DNA of 64,000 nt from a bacterium (GTDB lineage Bacteria; Patescibacteriota; Minisyncoccia; Phycocordibacterales; UBA9973), in the NCBI GenBank assembly GCA_027484965.1, contig JAIXRY010000006.1, positions 65,738-129,737 of the forward strand. The letters run 5' to 3'. The notes under the pieces are model-generated. The model searched no databases, had not been told where the DNA came from, and saw nothing but the letters and a program-made list of their open reading frames with translations. Shown here piece after piece: positions 9,234-19,354 of this stretch (positions are counted from its first letter, which is position 1; every line of letters begins with the position of its first letter). The translations under genes were made by a program, and so were the position numbers.

Positions 9234-11033
9234 TCAAACAAAGTTTAATTGAGCGCTTCGGAATAATTTACGGTAAATACCATGTTTATCCATAAGTTCA
9301 GAATGACTACCATCCTCAACGATAATACCATCATCTAAAACAAGTATTCTTCCCACTCGCTCCAAAGATTTGAAGCGGTGCGAAATCATTATTGTTGTTT
9401 TACCTTTAAATAATGTATTGTATTGATCAAAAATTTCTTGTTCAGCTGTAGGGCTTAAAGCGGAGGTTGGTTCATCAAGAATTACAAGATTTGGCTCTCT
9501 GAAAAGAACTTTCGACATCCCAACTTTTTGAGCTGTACCAGAAGAAAGTTTAATCCCTCCACGATAAAAAGTCCCTATTTTTTGATTGTATTTTTGAGAT
9601 TGTTCTTGTACCCAAGGATCAAGACTTGTGTATTTAGCCACTTCATAAACGTATGAAGTATTTTTACTGTCCACATCTCCAACACGTATAGCTTCTTTTA
9701 TGGAAGAATTAAGTACTGAGAATCCTGACATCAGAGCTCCAATTTCTTTATACAGAGTATTAATCTTGAGAGTTCTAATCTCTTGATTATTGATTAATAT
9801 AACACCTCTTTGAGGGTCATAATATCGTAAAAGTAATTGGATTAAAGTAGTTTTTCCTGCTCCATTATCACCAACAAGTCCAATACGTTCTCCTGGCTTT
9901 ATCACAAAACTAACTCCTTTAAGTATCCATCTGTCTGTATCTGGATACTTAAACCAAACATCCTTAAACTCTATCTCAATCATTCCATTATCTGAGTTAA
10001 AATCTTCTTTACCATCAATTACAATGTTTTTATAATCAAGCAGAGTGAATAAGTCTTTAACTTTTCTAAAAAGATCGTCCATATTAGTTAATGACGTTGT
10101 TATGGAATTGAAACTTCCTCGGAAGCTACCTATACCATTTGCCACCATTAAAAGACTTCCTATTGTTAAGTTATTCTCTAATGTTTTAGTAAAAAAGAAG
10201 TGTATCATTATTGAAGCATAGATAACTGATTGAACTATTCCTGCAAATATGTTGTACCAAGATCCCATCATAGAATACCTGACTTGGAGCATCTCAAACT
10301 GAGAAAACATAATCAATCTATACTTTAGAAAATAATCCATTGACCTATTTAAAACATTGTCATAGTCTTCAATTTGGTCAGAAATTTCTCTTTTGTATCG
10401 AGTTATTTCACGGAGACTTTTTTCGTTTCTATATACTCGAATGTTTTTCTTACGAAATAAAAAGAAACGAAATGTGGATCCGGTCAATATTAAAATACCA
10501 TACCACCATTCAAAATAAGATACCAATACAGATGTAAAAACAAGACTGATAACTGACAGTATTATATCTCTATAAGATTCAGTTAGATTAGTGATAGCCT
10601 TTTTGTTTGAATCAGCCTGATCTACAATATCTTTAATTTTTGGATTATTTCTGTCTGCATAACCAAGAGATGCTTTTTTTTCAGAAAAAACTTTTTCAAG
10701 TTTAACGTTCATGTAGTATCCGAGCTTCTTAACTATTTGAGATATAACTTGAGAAAACACAACATCTAAAATGAGGTACACGACAAATCCAATAGAAAGA
10801 AGTGTGAAAATTTTGTAATCTTTTTCAATTGCTTTGTTGGCCATTTGACCAAAAAAGAAGGAGAAGAAAAACCATGAGAATTGAGTAAATAACAATAAAG
10901 GAGCCAGTCTAAAAAATATTTTTCTGGTTTTATTATTAATTGAGAATTTGTTTGCACGAATTAAAATTCGCCAAAAAACGCGGACGATGACCAACCGTCT
11001 CTTAAACGATGATTTGATTTTTTGTTTTTTCAT
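9234..11033 (-). CDS. ABC exporter, fused permease and ATPase (599 aa)
   Basis: Six-TM N-terminal domain, Walker A GDNGAGKTT, degenerate signature LSSGTAQK, Walker B ILDEPTS. Start set at the MKKQKIK ATG (11031-11033), which lies behind a perfect TTGACT-N17-TATAAT promoter. Confidence 0.85.
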   Translation of the reverse strand: MKKQKIKSSFKRRLVIVRVFWRILIRANKFSINNKTRKIFFRLAPLLLFTQFSWFFFSFFFGQMANKAIEKDYKIFTLLSIGFVVYLILDVVFSQVISQIVKKLGYYMNVKLEKVFSEKKASLGYADRNNPKIKDIVDQADSNKKAITNLTESYRDIILSVISLVFTSVLVSYFEWWYGILILTGSTFRFFLFRKKNIRVYRNEKSLREITRYKREISDQIEDYDNVLNRSMDYFLKYRLIMFSQFEMLQVRYSMMGSWYNIFAGIVQSVIYASIMIHFFFTKTLENNLTIGSLLMVANGIGSFRGSFNSITTSLTNMDDLFRKVKDLFTLLDYKNIVIDGKEDFNSDNGMIEIEFKDVWFKYPDTDRWILKGVSFVIKPGERIGLVGDNGAGKTTLIQLLLRYYDPQRGVILINNQEIRTLKINTLYKEIGALMSGFSVLNSSIKEAIRVGDVDSKNTSYVYEVAKYTSLDPWVQEQSQKYNQKIGTFYRGGIKLSSGTAQKVGMSKVLFREPNLVILDEPTSALSPTAEQEIFDQYNTLFKGKTTIMISHRFKSLERVGRILVLDDGIIVEDGSHSELMDKHGIYRKLFRSAQLNFV

Positions 11034-11058
11034 AGAACTTTTTGATTTATTTGTATAT

Positions 11059-11087
11059 ATTATATCATTATTATTAATATAAGTCAA
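11059..11087 (-). promoter_or_regulatory. sigma70 promoter TTGACT-N17-TATAAT for the first ABC exporter
   Basis: Perfect -10 and near-perfect -35 read on the minus strand, 25 nt upstream of the ATG at 11033. Confidence 0.55.
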
Positions 11088-11102
11088 TAAATAAACCACA
11101 TA

Positions 11103-11128
11103 AAAAGCCTTACTTAGTAAGGCTTTTT
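11103..11128 (-). terminator. hairpin terminator AAAAGCCTTACTTAGTAAGGCTTTT
   Basis: Between the two downstream ABC exporter genes. Confidence 0.5.
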
Positions 11129-11136
11129 ATACTGTT

Positions 11137-12930
11137 CTACTTATACCCTTCCGCTTGTAATTTGAACAATCGAGAGTACTCACCTTTTAGTTTTAATAAT
11201 TGTTCGTGAGTGCCTTGCTCCACAATAGTACCATCTCCTATTACTATAATTCTGTCTGCATTACGTACTGTAGAGAATCTGTGAGAGATCATCATTACAG
11301 TTATGTCGTCCGGTAGCTTTTCGAGTTGTTCAAAAATTAGAGATTCTGCTTCAGCATCTATAGCTGATGTCGGTTCATCCAATATCCAAAGAGACGTATT
11401 TCTGTAGAACAATCTAGCGAGGGCAACTTTTTGCCATTGCCCACCAGACATTTCAACACCGTCTTTATACTTCTTTCCTATTTGAGTTTTGTAACCATTT
11501 TCATGAGAGATAATAAAATCGTGAATTTCTGCTTTTTTTGCAGCCTCAATTACTTTATTATCATCAATTTCTTTTTCTATATTTCCAAGGGCTATGGTCT
11601 CTCTGAAAGTTAAGTCAAATTTTGCAAAATCTTGTGGGAGGAACCCTATATTTTCATAGAAAGAAAATTTTTCTAAATCATCAGTTTTTATATTATTGTA
11701 TTCGACACTTCCGCTTGTAGGTAAATAGAATCTGAGAAGAAGTTTTGTAAGTGTTGTTTTACCAGCTCCATTTAATCCTATAATTGCAACTTTTTCTCCT
11801 TTTGCTATAGAAAAATTTAAGTCTTTTAAAATCACTCTTTCTGATCCTGGATATATAAAAGAAACATTTTTAACCTCAAGTTTATCGAAAGATTCTATCT
11901 CTTCATTACCATTTGGAATAACTTGTTGGAATTCCATAAATTTAATAATATCAAACACATAAGGTGCGTCTTTGTACATTCTAGTAAACATTCTAAGTGT
12001 TTGACGTAGATTGTTTGTAAAAGAATCAAATCTTCCATTTACAAAGAAAAAAGTTCCAACGAGAAGTGTTTTTGTGAAGATTTGATGGATAAGAATAATA
12101 GGTACAGCAATTTCAACAATATTAGTAATAATACTTATGATTAATTTTTTTCTTGCATAAATATTGTCCCTATTAGCAAAAACAGTATTTATGTTTCCTC
12201 TAATGTTTTTAAGTCTATTTATAAAAATATTTGCCAATCCATGTATTTTTATTTCTTCAATATATGATTTTGAATTAAAGAATCCGTAATGACTACTCCA
12301 TATTTTTCTTTCCTCACCGACACTATTTTCTGCATCCCACATCATTTTTCCATCAAGTATCTCAACGTAGAAATTAAGCAGAGCTGGAATAATGGCAAAA
12401 GGAAGAATCCACCAAAGTTTGAGCGATATTAAAATAGCCGTACTTATAACCATTGGTATAAGACCTGAAATTAATTGTTGAAGATAATCTGTATAGTTTT
12501 GGAATTTTCCAAAATACATATTTACCCTCACTCTCAGAAGCTCAAAACCAGAACTTTCGTATGTTTGTATGTCTATTCTATTAGAAGCTTCCGCAACTTT
12601 CAAATAACTTTCACCAAAGAATAATCTATTGAAAAAACTTACAACTCTAAAATTCCACATAGAAACAACAGATTGTAATGTCCAAACAAGAAGAAGTGAT
12701 CCTAAAATAATTAGAACTTTTGTCGTTAGAAAAGTTTGTTCTGCACTATATATAGCAGTATTTATAAACTGAGACAGAATCCATGCTGAAATAGCACTAA
12801 GCACAGCCATTAAAACTGTTGTCCCAAAAATAATAGAAACACGCCTCTTATCTGTTTGTATAGAAATTTTAATTACTTTAAGTACTGTTTTTAGAAAATC
12901 ACTTAATTTTACTTTGTCTGATTTTTCCAT
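11137..12930 (-). CDS. ABC exporter, fused permease and ATPase (597 aa)
   Basis: Walker A GLNGAGKTT, signature MSGGQWQK, Walker B WILDEPTS. Confidence 0.85.
   Translation of the reverse strand: MEKSDKVKLSDFLKTVLKVIKISIQTDKRRVSIIFGTTVLMAVLSAISAWILSQFINTAIYSAEQTFLTTKVLIILGSLLLVWTLQSVVSMWNFRVVSFFNRLFFGESYLKVAEASNRIDIQTYESSGFELLRVRVNMYFGKFQNYTDYLQQLISGLIPMVISTAILISLKLWWILPFAIIPALLNFYVEILDGKMMWDAENSVGEERKIWSSHYGFFNSKSYIEEIKIHGLANIFINRLKNIRGNINTVFANRDNIYARKKLIISIITNIVEIAVPIILIHQIFTKTLLVGTFFFVNGRFDSFTNNLRQTLRMFTRMYKDAPYVFDIIKFMEFQQVIPNGNEEIESFDKLEVKNVSFIYPGSERVILKDLNFSIAKGEKVAIIGLNGAGKTTLTKLLLRFYLPTSGSVEYNNIKTDDLEKFSFYENIGFLPQDFAKFDLTFRETIALGNIEKEIDDNKVIEAAKKAEIHDFIISHENGYKTQIGKKYKDGVEMSGGQWQKVALARLFYRNTSLWILDEPTSAIDAEAESLIFEQLEKLPDDITVMMISHRFSTVRNADRIIVIGDGTIVEQGTHEQLLKLKGEYSRLFKLQAEGYK
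11140..11214. repeat. 75-nt near-identical copy (2 mismatches) of 12939-13013, covering the 3' ends of two ABC exporter paralogs
   Basis: Direct nucleotide comparison of the two gene ends. Confidence 0.8.
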
Positions 12931-12935
12931 ATATT

Positions 12936-14735
12936 TTATTTATACCCTTCCGCTTGTAATTTAAACAATCGAGAGTACTCACCTTTTAGTTTTAATAATT
13001 GTTCGTGAGTACCATATTCGTGTAATGATGAATCTTTGATAACACAAATTTTATCAGCATTACGAACAGTTGAGAATCTGTGAGAGATCATAATCACAGT
13101 CTTCTCTCTTGAAAACTTTTCAAGAGTCTCAAATATCTTTGCTTCAGCTTCAGCGTCAATAGAGCTTGTTGGTTCGTCGAGAATCATGACAGCAGGGTCA
13201 CGATAGAACATTCGAGCAATTGCGAGCTTTTGCCATTGTCCGACAGAAATATCTACACCTCCTGTATAATGCTTGCCGAGCATTGTCTTTTCTTTTTCTG
13301 GCAGAGAGTTTACAAACTCTGCTTCAGCGATTTTTAGACTATTTTGTACTTTTTCTAAATCAATTTTTCCATTATATCGCCCAAGAGAGACTAGATCTTC
13401 TACAGGTATATGATATCTCCCGTATTCTTGGAATAGCACACCTAGAGCTTTATACCAAGACTCTAGATCGTAATCTTTTATATTTTTTCCATTCAGAAGG
13501 ATTTCACCTTCTGTTACGTCATAAAAGCGACAAAGTAATTTTACAAAAGTTGTCTTCCCTGCTCCGTTTAATCCTATAACAGCTAATTTGTCACCCTTTT
13601 CAATAACAAGATTAAAATTTTTAATTACATATTTTTCTGTTTCTGGATATTTAAAAGACACATTTTTGAATTCTATAGTTGGAGGAGTTTCAATAATCTT
13701 AAGTTTACTAATATTTTTAATACGAGGCTCAATATTCATATATGTAAATAGATCCTCAGTATATTTATAGTCAGGATACAAATCTCCCATTCTACTAAAC
13801 ATCGAGATGAGAGTAATACTAAAAGTTGTAACCAAGGATATTGCAAATATAAAAGATCCAATCTGCAATTCTTTACTAATTACTTTTATAAATAAAAAAT
13901 AGATGACGTATACTATACCAATCTGCGAAATAATTGAAGCAAAAAATCCTTTATAAACAAATTTTTTTTCGTTACTATATTGCTTTAAAAAAACTTCTTC
14001 TAGAAAATTAGAACGAAAGGTACTAAAATATTTACCAGCTTTTGTTAATTTTAATTCTATATATGTAGCAAAATTCTCAAAATAATTTCTATACTCAAAA
14101 TATTTAGAACGTTTTTCTGTATCAACTTCATTACCCCAAATATACCAAGATTCATTGCCATACATTATTTTTATTAATAATAATGGAATTGTTGTAATTA
14201 CTAGAACAATAAAACCTTTGTGAGTAAATTGATATAATGTAATAGAGCTAACGATTAATGTTAATATATCTAAAAAAATTAATAAAAATCTTTCTTGATA
14301 ATTACTTACAACAAAAACACCTTTACTAGATATTCTATTTTTTAAATTGTTAAATTCTTTATCTTCATGCAGTTGAGGGTCTATCTCAATTGCTTTACGT
14401 ATTAATTCATTGTCGTAGAATTTATTATTTTTAAAGTACCAATTTTTTTCCCAAAAAGTTTTTATTATTTCCAAAAAATTAGGAGTGATAATAATAAAAA
14501 TAAATATACCAAATAAAACCCATAACGAATTATTAAATGAGAGAGAGTTTTGTAAAGAATTAATCAATAAAGATTGGATAAAATTTCTAGCGTAAGGTAC
14601 AAACGTGAGCACTAAAGACAAAACAATATAACCTAAAAAATAAAATTTAGAATTTTTGAAAGAATTTTTAAATGCAAAAAAAGCATTTTTAATTATTTTA
14701 GGAAAACTCTTTATTGTTGTTATAAAATCTTTCAT
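12936..14735 (-). CDS. ABC exporter, fused permease and ATPase (599 aa)
   Basis: Walker A GLNGAGKTT, signature SVGQWQK, Walker B ILDEPTS. The last 24 aa are identical to the 11137..12930 paralog. Confidence 0.85.
   Translation of the reverse strand: MKDFITTIKSFPKIIKNAFFAFKNSFKNSKFYFLGYIVLSLVLTFVPYARNFIQSLLINSLQNSLSFNNSLWVLFGIFIFIIITPNFLEIIKTFWEKNWYFKNNKFYDNELIRKAIEIDPQLHEDKEFNNLKNRISSKGVFVVSNYQERFLLIFLDILTLIVSSITLYQFTHKGFIVLVITTIPLLLIKIMYGNESWYIWGNEVDTEKRSKYFEYRNYFENFATYIELKLTKAGKYFSTFRSNFLEEVFLKQYSNEKKFVYKGFFASIISQIGIVYVIYFLFIKVISKELQIGSFIFAISLVTTFSITLISMFSRMGDLYPDYKYTEDLFTYMNIEPRIKNISKLKIIETPPTIEFKNVSFKYPETEKYVIKNFNLVIEKGDKLAVIGLNGAGKTTFVKLLCRFYDVTEGEILLNGKNIKDYDLESWYKALGVLFQEYGRYHIPVEDLVSLGRYNGKIDLEKVQNSLKIAEAEFVNSLPEKEKTMLGKHYTGGVDISVGQWQKLAIARMFYRDPAVMILDEPTSSIDAEAEAKIFETLEKFSREKTVIMISHRFSTVRNADKICVIKDSSLHEYGTHEQLLKLKGEYSRLFKLQAEGYK
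12939..13013. repeat. 75-nt near-identical copy of 11140-11214
   Basis: Direct comparison. Confidence 0.8.
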
Positions 14736-14737
14736 TT

Positions 14738-15706
14738 TTAATAAAGTTTTACCCCTACTGCATTTCTGACTTTTTCCATTTTTGCTTCTACGCGAGCTTT
14801 TGCTCGTTCACCTCCTTTTTTCAAAACATCAAGCACATAATCACGATTTCCATGGAGTTCGGCACGGCGTTTGCGGAATGGTTCACTGAATGCGAGAATG
14901 TCTTCTATTAATTTTTCTTTTGCTTCTTTGTATGAAAGTCCTTTTTTGTAAGAATTAAATAATTCTTCACTTCCATTAAATATTTTGTGAATTTGGTATA
15001 GAACCATATCTTCTGGATTCTTTTCTTCATCTACACCTTTTGAGTCTGTTGGGATGCGCATTACAAGAGACTTTACTTCATCATGTTCTGCAAAAAGTGG
15101 GATTACATTTCCATAACTCTTTGACATTTTTTGACCATCAATACCAGGAACAACAGCAAGAGACTCTACAATCATTTCTTTTGGAAGTTTGAAGATGTCT
15201 GTATTAAATACGCGATTAAATTTCTCAGCTGTGTCCCGAGCGTATTCTATGTGTTGCTTTTGGTCTTTTCCTACTGGCACCACGTCAGCGTCTTGTATGA
15301 GAATATCTGCAGCCATAAGAATCGGATAATCAAAAACTCCCATATTTACTTCTCTGCCTTTTGCCTCAGCGTCTTTGTATGCGTGAGCACGTTCGAGATA
15401 TGGAACAGTGGTAATACAGTTGAAGTACCAAGCAAGCTCAGAAACTTCAGGAATGTCTGACTGTTTAAAGATGAGAGCTTTCTCTGGATCAAGACCACAA
15501 GCCATATAATCTACAGCAATATCGTAGATCTGTTTTGAAAGAAGATCTTTGTCTTGAACAGTGGTAATAGCATGCAGGTCTGCAATAAATATTATTGTTT
15601 CGTATTCGTCTTGAAAATCCACGAATTGTTTGATAGCTCCAAAGTAATTCCCGACATGGAGAAGACCTGTTGGTTTAACACCTGAAAGAAGTATTTTTTT
15701 AGACAT
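14738..15706 (-). CDS. trpS: tryptophanyl-tRNA synthetase
   Basis: Class I HIGH-type PTGLLHVGNY and KMSKS motifs. The 322 aa length is typical of TrpRS. Its stop lies 2 nt from the start of the upstream ABC exporter. Confidence 0.9.
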   Translation of the reverse strand: MSKKILLSGVKPTGLLHVGNYFGAIKQFVDFQDEYETIIFIADLHAITTVQDKDLLSKQIYDIAVDYMACGLDPEKALIFKQSDIPEVSELAWYFNCITTVPYLERAHAYKDAEAKGREVNMGVFDYPILMAADILIQDADVVPVGKDQKQHIEYARDTAEKFNRVFNTDIFKLPKEMIVESLAVVPGIDGQKMSKSYGNVIPLFAEHDEVKSLVMRIPTDSKGVDEEKNPEDMVLYQIHKIFNGSEELFNSYKKGLSYKEAKEKLIEDILAFSEPFRKRRAELHGNRDYVLDVLKKGGERAKARVEAKMEKVRNAVGVKLY

Positions 15707-15726
15707 AGTGAGTATATTTTAACATA

Positions 15727-15767
15727 ATAAAACCATAAAAAAAACGCCACATCAATTGTGTGGCGAT
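15727..15767 (-). terminator. hairpin terminator CGCCACA...TGTGGCG overlapping the stop codon of the 15752 gene
   Basis: 7-bp stem with a U-tract on the minus strand. Confidence 0.45.
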
Positions 15768-16216
15768 TTGTTGTACAAAGAAATATTGCCTTTGAAGTGT
15801 TCTTTGAGAACAATAAAACAATATCTTGTATCATAAGAATACACAATATACTTATCTTCTGCTAAAAGTTGTTCATTTTTGTTGTACAATTTCAATCCAA
15901 ATGAATCTTTTGTAGGTAACTCTTTCAGAAAAATAAGTTTGTATATCTTGTCTTTTTTTAAAGTTATATTATATATACAACTTTCTGCATGATTTTTATT
16001 ACTTGCAAAAAAGCAATACGCCAGATCAATACATTCTTTTTTATAGTCTTTATTATAAAGACTATAGATTTCTTCAGAAGAAAAAACTTTTTTCTTGTTT
16101 TTGTAATAATAAATAAAACCAATACCTGTAGCTATGGCTGCCATAAGTACAATAGTTAAGATAATTACTTCCATATTTTTTATATAACTATATATATTTT
16201 TTAATACTTTTGTCAA
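15752..16216 (-). CDS. hypothetical membrane-anchored protein
   Basis: AT-rich ORF. The likely true start is the internal MEVIILTIVLMAAI TM helix. Confidence 0.45.
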   Translation of the reverse strand: MTKVLKNIYSYIKNMEVIILTIVLMAAIATGIGFIYYYKNKKKVFSSEEIYSLYNKDYKKECIDLAYCFFASNKNHAESCIYNITLKKDKIYKLIFLKELPTKDSFGLKLYNKNEQLLAEDKYIVYSYDTRYCFIVLKEHFKGNISLYNKSPHN

Positions 16217-16340
16217 ATCAGTTTTTAATCTTTTATGTACTTGTTTTACACAAAAAACCTAGTCATTTCATATTTCCCCCCTAAACCCACACTTTTCACA
16301 CAGTACTCGCTCTTTTCCTCACATGCTACAATGTTTCTAC

Positions 16341-17744
16341 ATGGCAAAAGAACAATCAACACATCTCCGTATTCCACCTCACGATCTAGACGCTGAAAAG
16401 GCTGTTCTTGGGTCTCTTATGGTTCGTCCTGGAGCACTTCTTGAAGTTGCAGAAATTCTAGAAAACGACTCTTTCTACTATGGAAAGCATGGAGATATAT
16501 TTGATTCAATTATAGAACTTTCATTAAAAAACGATCCTATTGATCTGCTATCTGTTGCAAATAAATTAAAAGAGAAGAAAAAATTCGACCAAATTGGAGG
16601 CTTATCTTATCTTACAGAACTTACCGATGCTGTACCTTCTTCTACAAACATTCGTCACTATGCAGAAATTGTTCAAAAGAAGTTTCTATTGCGAGGTCTT
16701 GTGCGTGTCGCAGATCATATAGCTGATCTTGGTTTCAAGGAAGATCATCAAGATATAGAAGAAACTCTTGATCAAGCGGAAAAACACCTTCTTGATATGA
16801 AGGGTCGCCCAAAAGAAGCTACTGTAATAATGATAAAAGACGCTCTACATGATGCTATGGAACGTTTTGAGAAGCTTCACGACGAACCAGGAGCACTTCG
16901 TGGTGTTGGTTCTGGATTTCCTTCTCTCGATAAAATGCTATCTGGATTTCAAGGTACAGATCTCATTATACTTGCAGCTCGCCCATCTGTCGGTAAAACA
17001 ACATTTGCACTTGATATAGCCCGCAACGCTGCGACTCTTCACAAAGCTCCTGTAATGGTTTTCTCACTAGAAATGGGATCGCATCAACTTATTGACCGTA
17101 TGGTGGCTGCTCATTCAAAGGTAGATGCGTGGAAACTTCGAACTGGCGCTGGATTCAAACGTGAAGAAGAATATTCAAAACTCCAGCAAGCAATCGGAGA
17201 ACTTTCTCAAGCTCCAATATTTATTGATGATCAGGCCGGCTCAAATATTATACGTATGCGCACCATTGCACGTCGTATCAAGAAAGATCACGGTCTCAGT
17301 ATGATCGTGGTTGATTACCTACAACTCATGAGTCCACTCAAAAACTATGACTCAATGGTAAACCAAGTTACAGAGATTTCTCGTGGACTAAAGGCTCTCG
17401 CAAAGGAATTCAAGGTGCCTGTTATTGCCCTCTCACAGCTCTCTCGTGCTGTTGAAGCTCGTAATGACAAGCCAAGACTATCTGATCTTCGTGATTCTGG
17501 ATCCATCGAGCAAGACGCCGATATTGTAATGTTCTTACATAGAATGGAACAAAGTGAAGAACAAAAAGGAAATAGTGTTCAACCTATCGAACTCATTGTG
17601 GCAAAACACAGAAATGGTGCTCTCGGAAGTATTTATCTAAATCTCTTTGGTAAGAGCACAAGCTTTAATGAAAGCACTGAAGAGTATAGTGACTTTGCAC
17701 CAGTAAAAGACCCTAAGAGTAAGTACGATCTAAGTGACTTCTAA
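16341..17744 (+). CDS. dnaB: replicative DNA helicase DnaB
   Basis: N-terminal IPPHDLDAEKAVLGSLM motif, Walker A ARPSVGKTT, RecA-like C-terminal domain. Start set at MAKEQ rather than the ORF-track MLQCFY. Confidence 0.9.
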   Translation: MAKEQSTHLRIPPHDLDAEKAVLGSLMVRPGALLEVAEILENDSFYYGKHGDIFDSIIELSLKNDPIDLLSVANKLKEKKKFDQIGGLSYLTELTDAVPSSTNIRHYAEIVQKKFLLRGLVRVADHIADLGFKEDHQDIEETLDQAEKHLLDMKGRPKEATVIMIKDALHDAMERFEKLHDEPGALRGVGSGFPSLDKMLSGFQGTDLIILAARPSVGKTTFALDIARNAATLHKAPVMVFSLEMGSHQLIDRMVAAHSKVDAWKLRTGAGFKREEEYSKLQQAIGELSQAPIFIDDQAGSNIIRMRTIARRIKKDHGLSMIVVDYLQLMSPLKNYDSMVNQVTEISRGLKALAKEFKVPVIALSQLSRAVEARNDKPRLSDLRDSGSIEQDADIVMFLHRMEQSEEQKGNSVQPIELIVAKHRNGALGSIYLNLFGKSTSFNESTEEYSDFAPVKDPKSKYDLSDF

Positions 17745-17747
17745 TAT

Positions 17748-18356
17748 ATGGATGAAATACAAAAACTAACAGCACTATTCAAAGAATTTCCTGGAATTGG
17801 CGAACGACAAGCCAAGCGTTTTGTATATTTTGTATTATCAAAAGACTATGATTACAAAGAAAGATTGGTAAATGCACTTAATGCCGCAAAAGAAAGTGTT
17901 CATCAATGTGGAGAATGCTTCCGCTTCTTTTCTGGTAAAGAAGATGTTTGTTTTAATTGTAAGAATCCTCAAGCAGATAAAACCATGCTTTTAATTGTAG
18001 AGCGTGATTCTGATTACGAAGCTATATCGAGAAGTCGTAATTATTTTGGAAAATATTTTGTACTTGGTGGATCTGTGCCGATTTTAGAGAAAAGACCAGA
18101 AGATGTAGTACGTCTTCGTGAACTTATAAAACAAGTTGAAAATAAAGTTGCAGAAGGACTTCAAGAAATCATTATTGCTTGCTCACTTACACCTTCTGGT
18201 GAACATACAGATGAGACAGTTCGCAGAATCCTCAGACCTATAGCCGAAAAGCACAATCTCAAAATATCATCACTTGGACGCGGACTCTCTACAGGAACAG
18301 AACTTGAATATTCAGACAATGCGACTATCAAATACGCTCTAGAAAGCAGACAATAA
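17748..18356 (+). CDS. recR: recombination protein RecR
   Basis: HhH motif FPGIGERQAKR, C4 zinc finger CGECFRF...CFNC, Toprim domain. Confidence 0.9.
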   Translation: MDEIQKLTALFKEFPGIGERQAKRFVYFVLSKDYDYKERLVNALNAAKESVHQCGECFRFFSGKEDVCFNCKNPQADKTMLLIVERDSDYEAISRSRNYFGKYFVLGGSVPILEKRPEDVVRLRELIKQVENKVAEGLQEIIIACSLTPSGEHTDETVRRILRPIAEKHNLKISSLGRGLSTGTELEYSDNATIKYALESRQ

Positions 18357-18380
18357 AAAAATCCCGACAGGGATTTTAGA
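18351..18380. terminator. bidirectional hairpin terminator AAATCCCGACAGGGATTT
   Basis: Between convergent recR and the 18402 gene. Confidence 0.5.
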
Positions 18381-18401
18381 AGTTATTTTTTAATCCGAAA
18401 T

Positions 18402-18851
18402 TTATTCAACCTGCAGTTTACTATTAATCATTATCGATATTTTATGACAAAAATATAAAAGATATTGATGATAATCATGAGCTTCGAATACCTTCCTTTC
18501 TAAATTTAAAAGTTCAGGAATTATTTTATTAAAATCCTCTTTTTCAGATAAACTAAAATCGTATTCAGATTTAAGCCAGCACTGCCATTCACCAATATAT
18601 ATAGATAATACAGGTCCTTGTTTGTCTATATAAAATTTGGCTGTAATTAAAGAAAACATCTCTGATTCTTGAAAAAAATTTTTGTATTTTCCTTCCTCTA
18701 ATTCACTCAATTTAATACAATCTGAATTTTTATCTTCAAATGTTTGTATTGAAAGAAGATAATATTCATTTTGAGAATTTTCTTCTACATAACACATCAA
18801 TTTTTTTAGTATCGCTAGTATTTTGCGATAGTCGAATTCTGTGTACACCAT
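18402..18851 (-). CDS. hypothetical protein (149 aa)
   Basis: AT-rich ORF, no recognisable motif. Confidence 0.5.
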   Translation of the reverse strand: MVYTEFDYRKILAILKKLMCYVEENSQNEYYLLSIQTFEDKNSDCIKLSELEEGKYKNFFQESEMFSLITAKFYIDKQGPVLSIYIGEWQCWLKSEYDFSLSEKEDFNKIIPELLNLERKVFEAHDYHQYLLYFCHKISIMINSKLQVE

Positions 18852-18933
18852 AGTTTGATTATTTATTTGTAATTTTTAATACTGTACAATAAATAGTCTA
18901 AAAAAACAAATCCCTCATTTCTGAGGGATTTTA

Positions 18934-19302
18934 TTATTTGATTGCACTAACTTTTACTTCCATGTAAGGTTGGCGGTGACCATTCTTTTTGAAGTAGCGA
19001 CTCTTTTGTCTGTATTTAATAACAGTTACAGTGTCGTATCTTCCAGCTTCTTCAAAAATTGTTTCAACTTTTGCGCCTGAGATATAAGGAGTTCCTATAG
19101 TAGTATCTTGACCATTATCAACCAAGAGAACCTTATCGAAAACGATTTTGTCTCCTTTTTTGAATTCGCCGTCGAGTTTTTCGATACGTACAACATCACC
19201 AACAGCAACCTTGTATTGTTTGCCGCCTGTAGTGAGTACTGCGAATTCGTTAGTTTCTTTTGTGTTTGTTATCTTTTTTACTGCCATAAGCCTAGAGACC
19301 AT
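18934..19302 (-). CDS. rplU: 50S ribosomal protein L21
   Basis: TGGKQYKVAVGDVVRIEKL and C-terminal KGHRQPYMEVKV signature. The true start may be the internal MAVKK. Confidence 0.85.
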   Translation of the reverse strand: MVSRLMAVKKITNTKETNEFAVLTTGGKQYKVAVGDVVRIEKLDGEFKKGDKIVFDKVLLVDNGQDTTIGTPYISGAKVETIFEEAGRYDTVTVIKYRQKSRYFKKNGHRQPYMEVKVSAIK

Positions 19303-19354
19303 ATTGTATACTATTTAATATTTTTTGCAAGCCTTTTTACTTGAAAAGTATATC

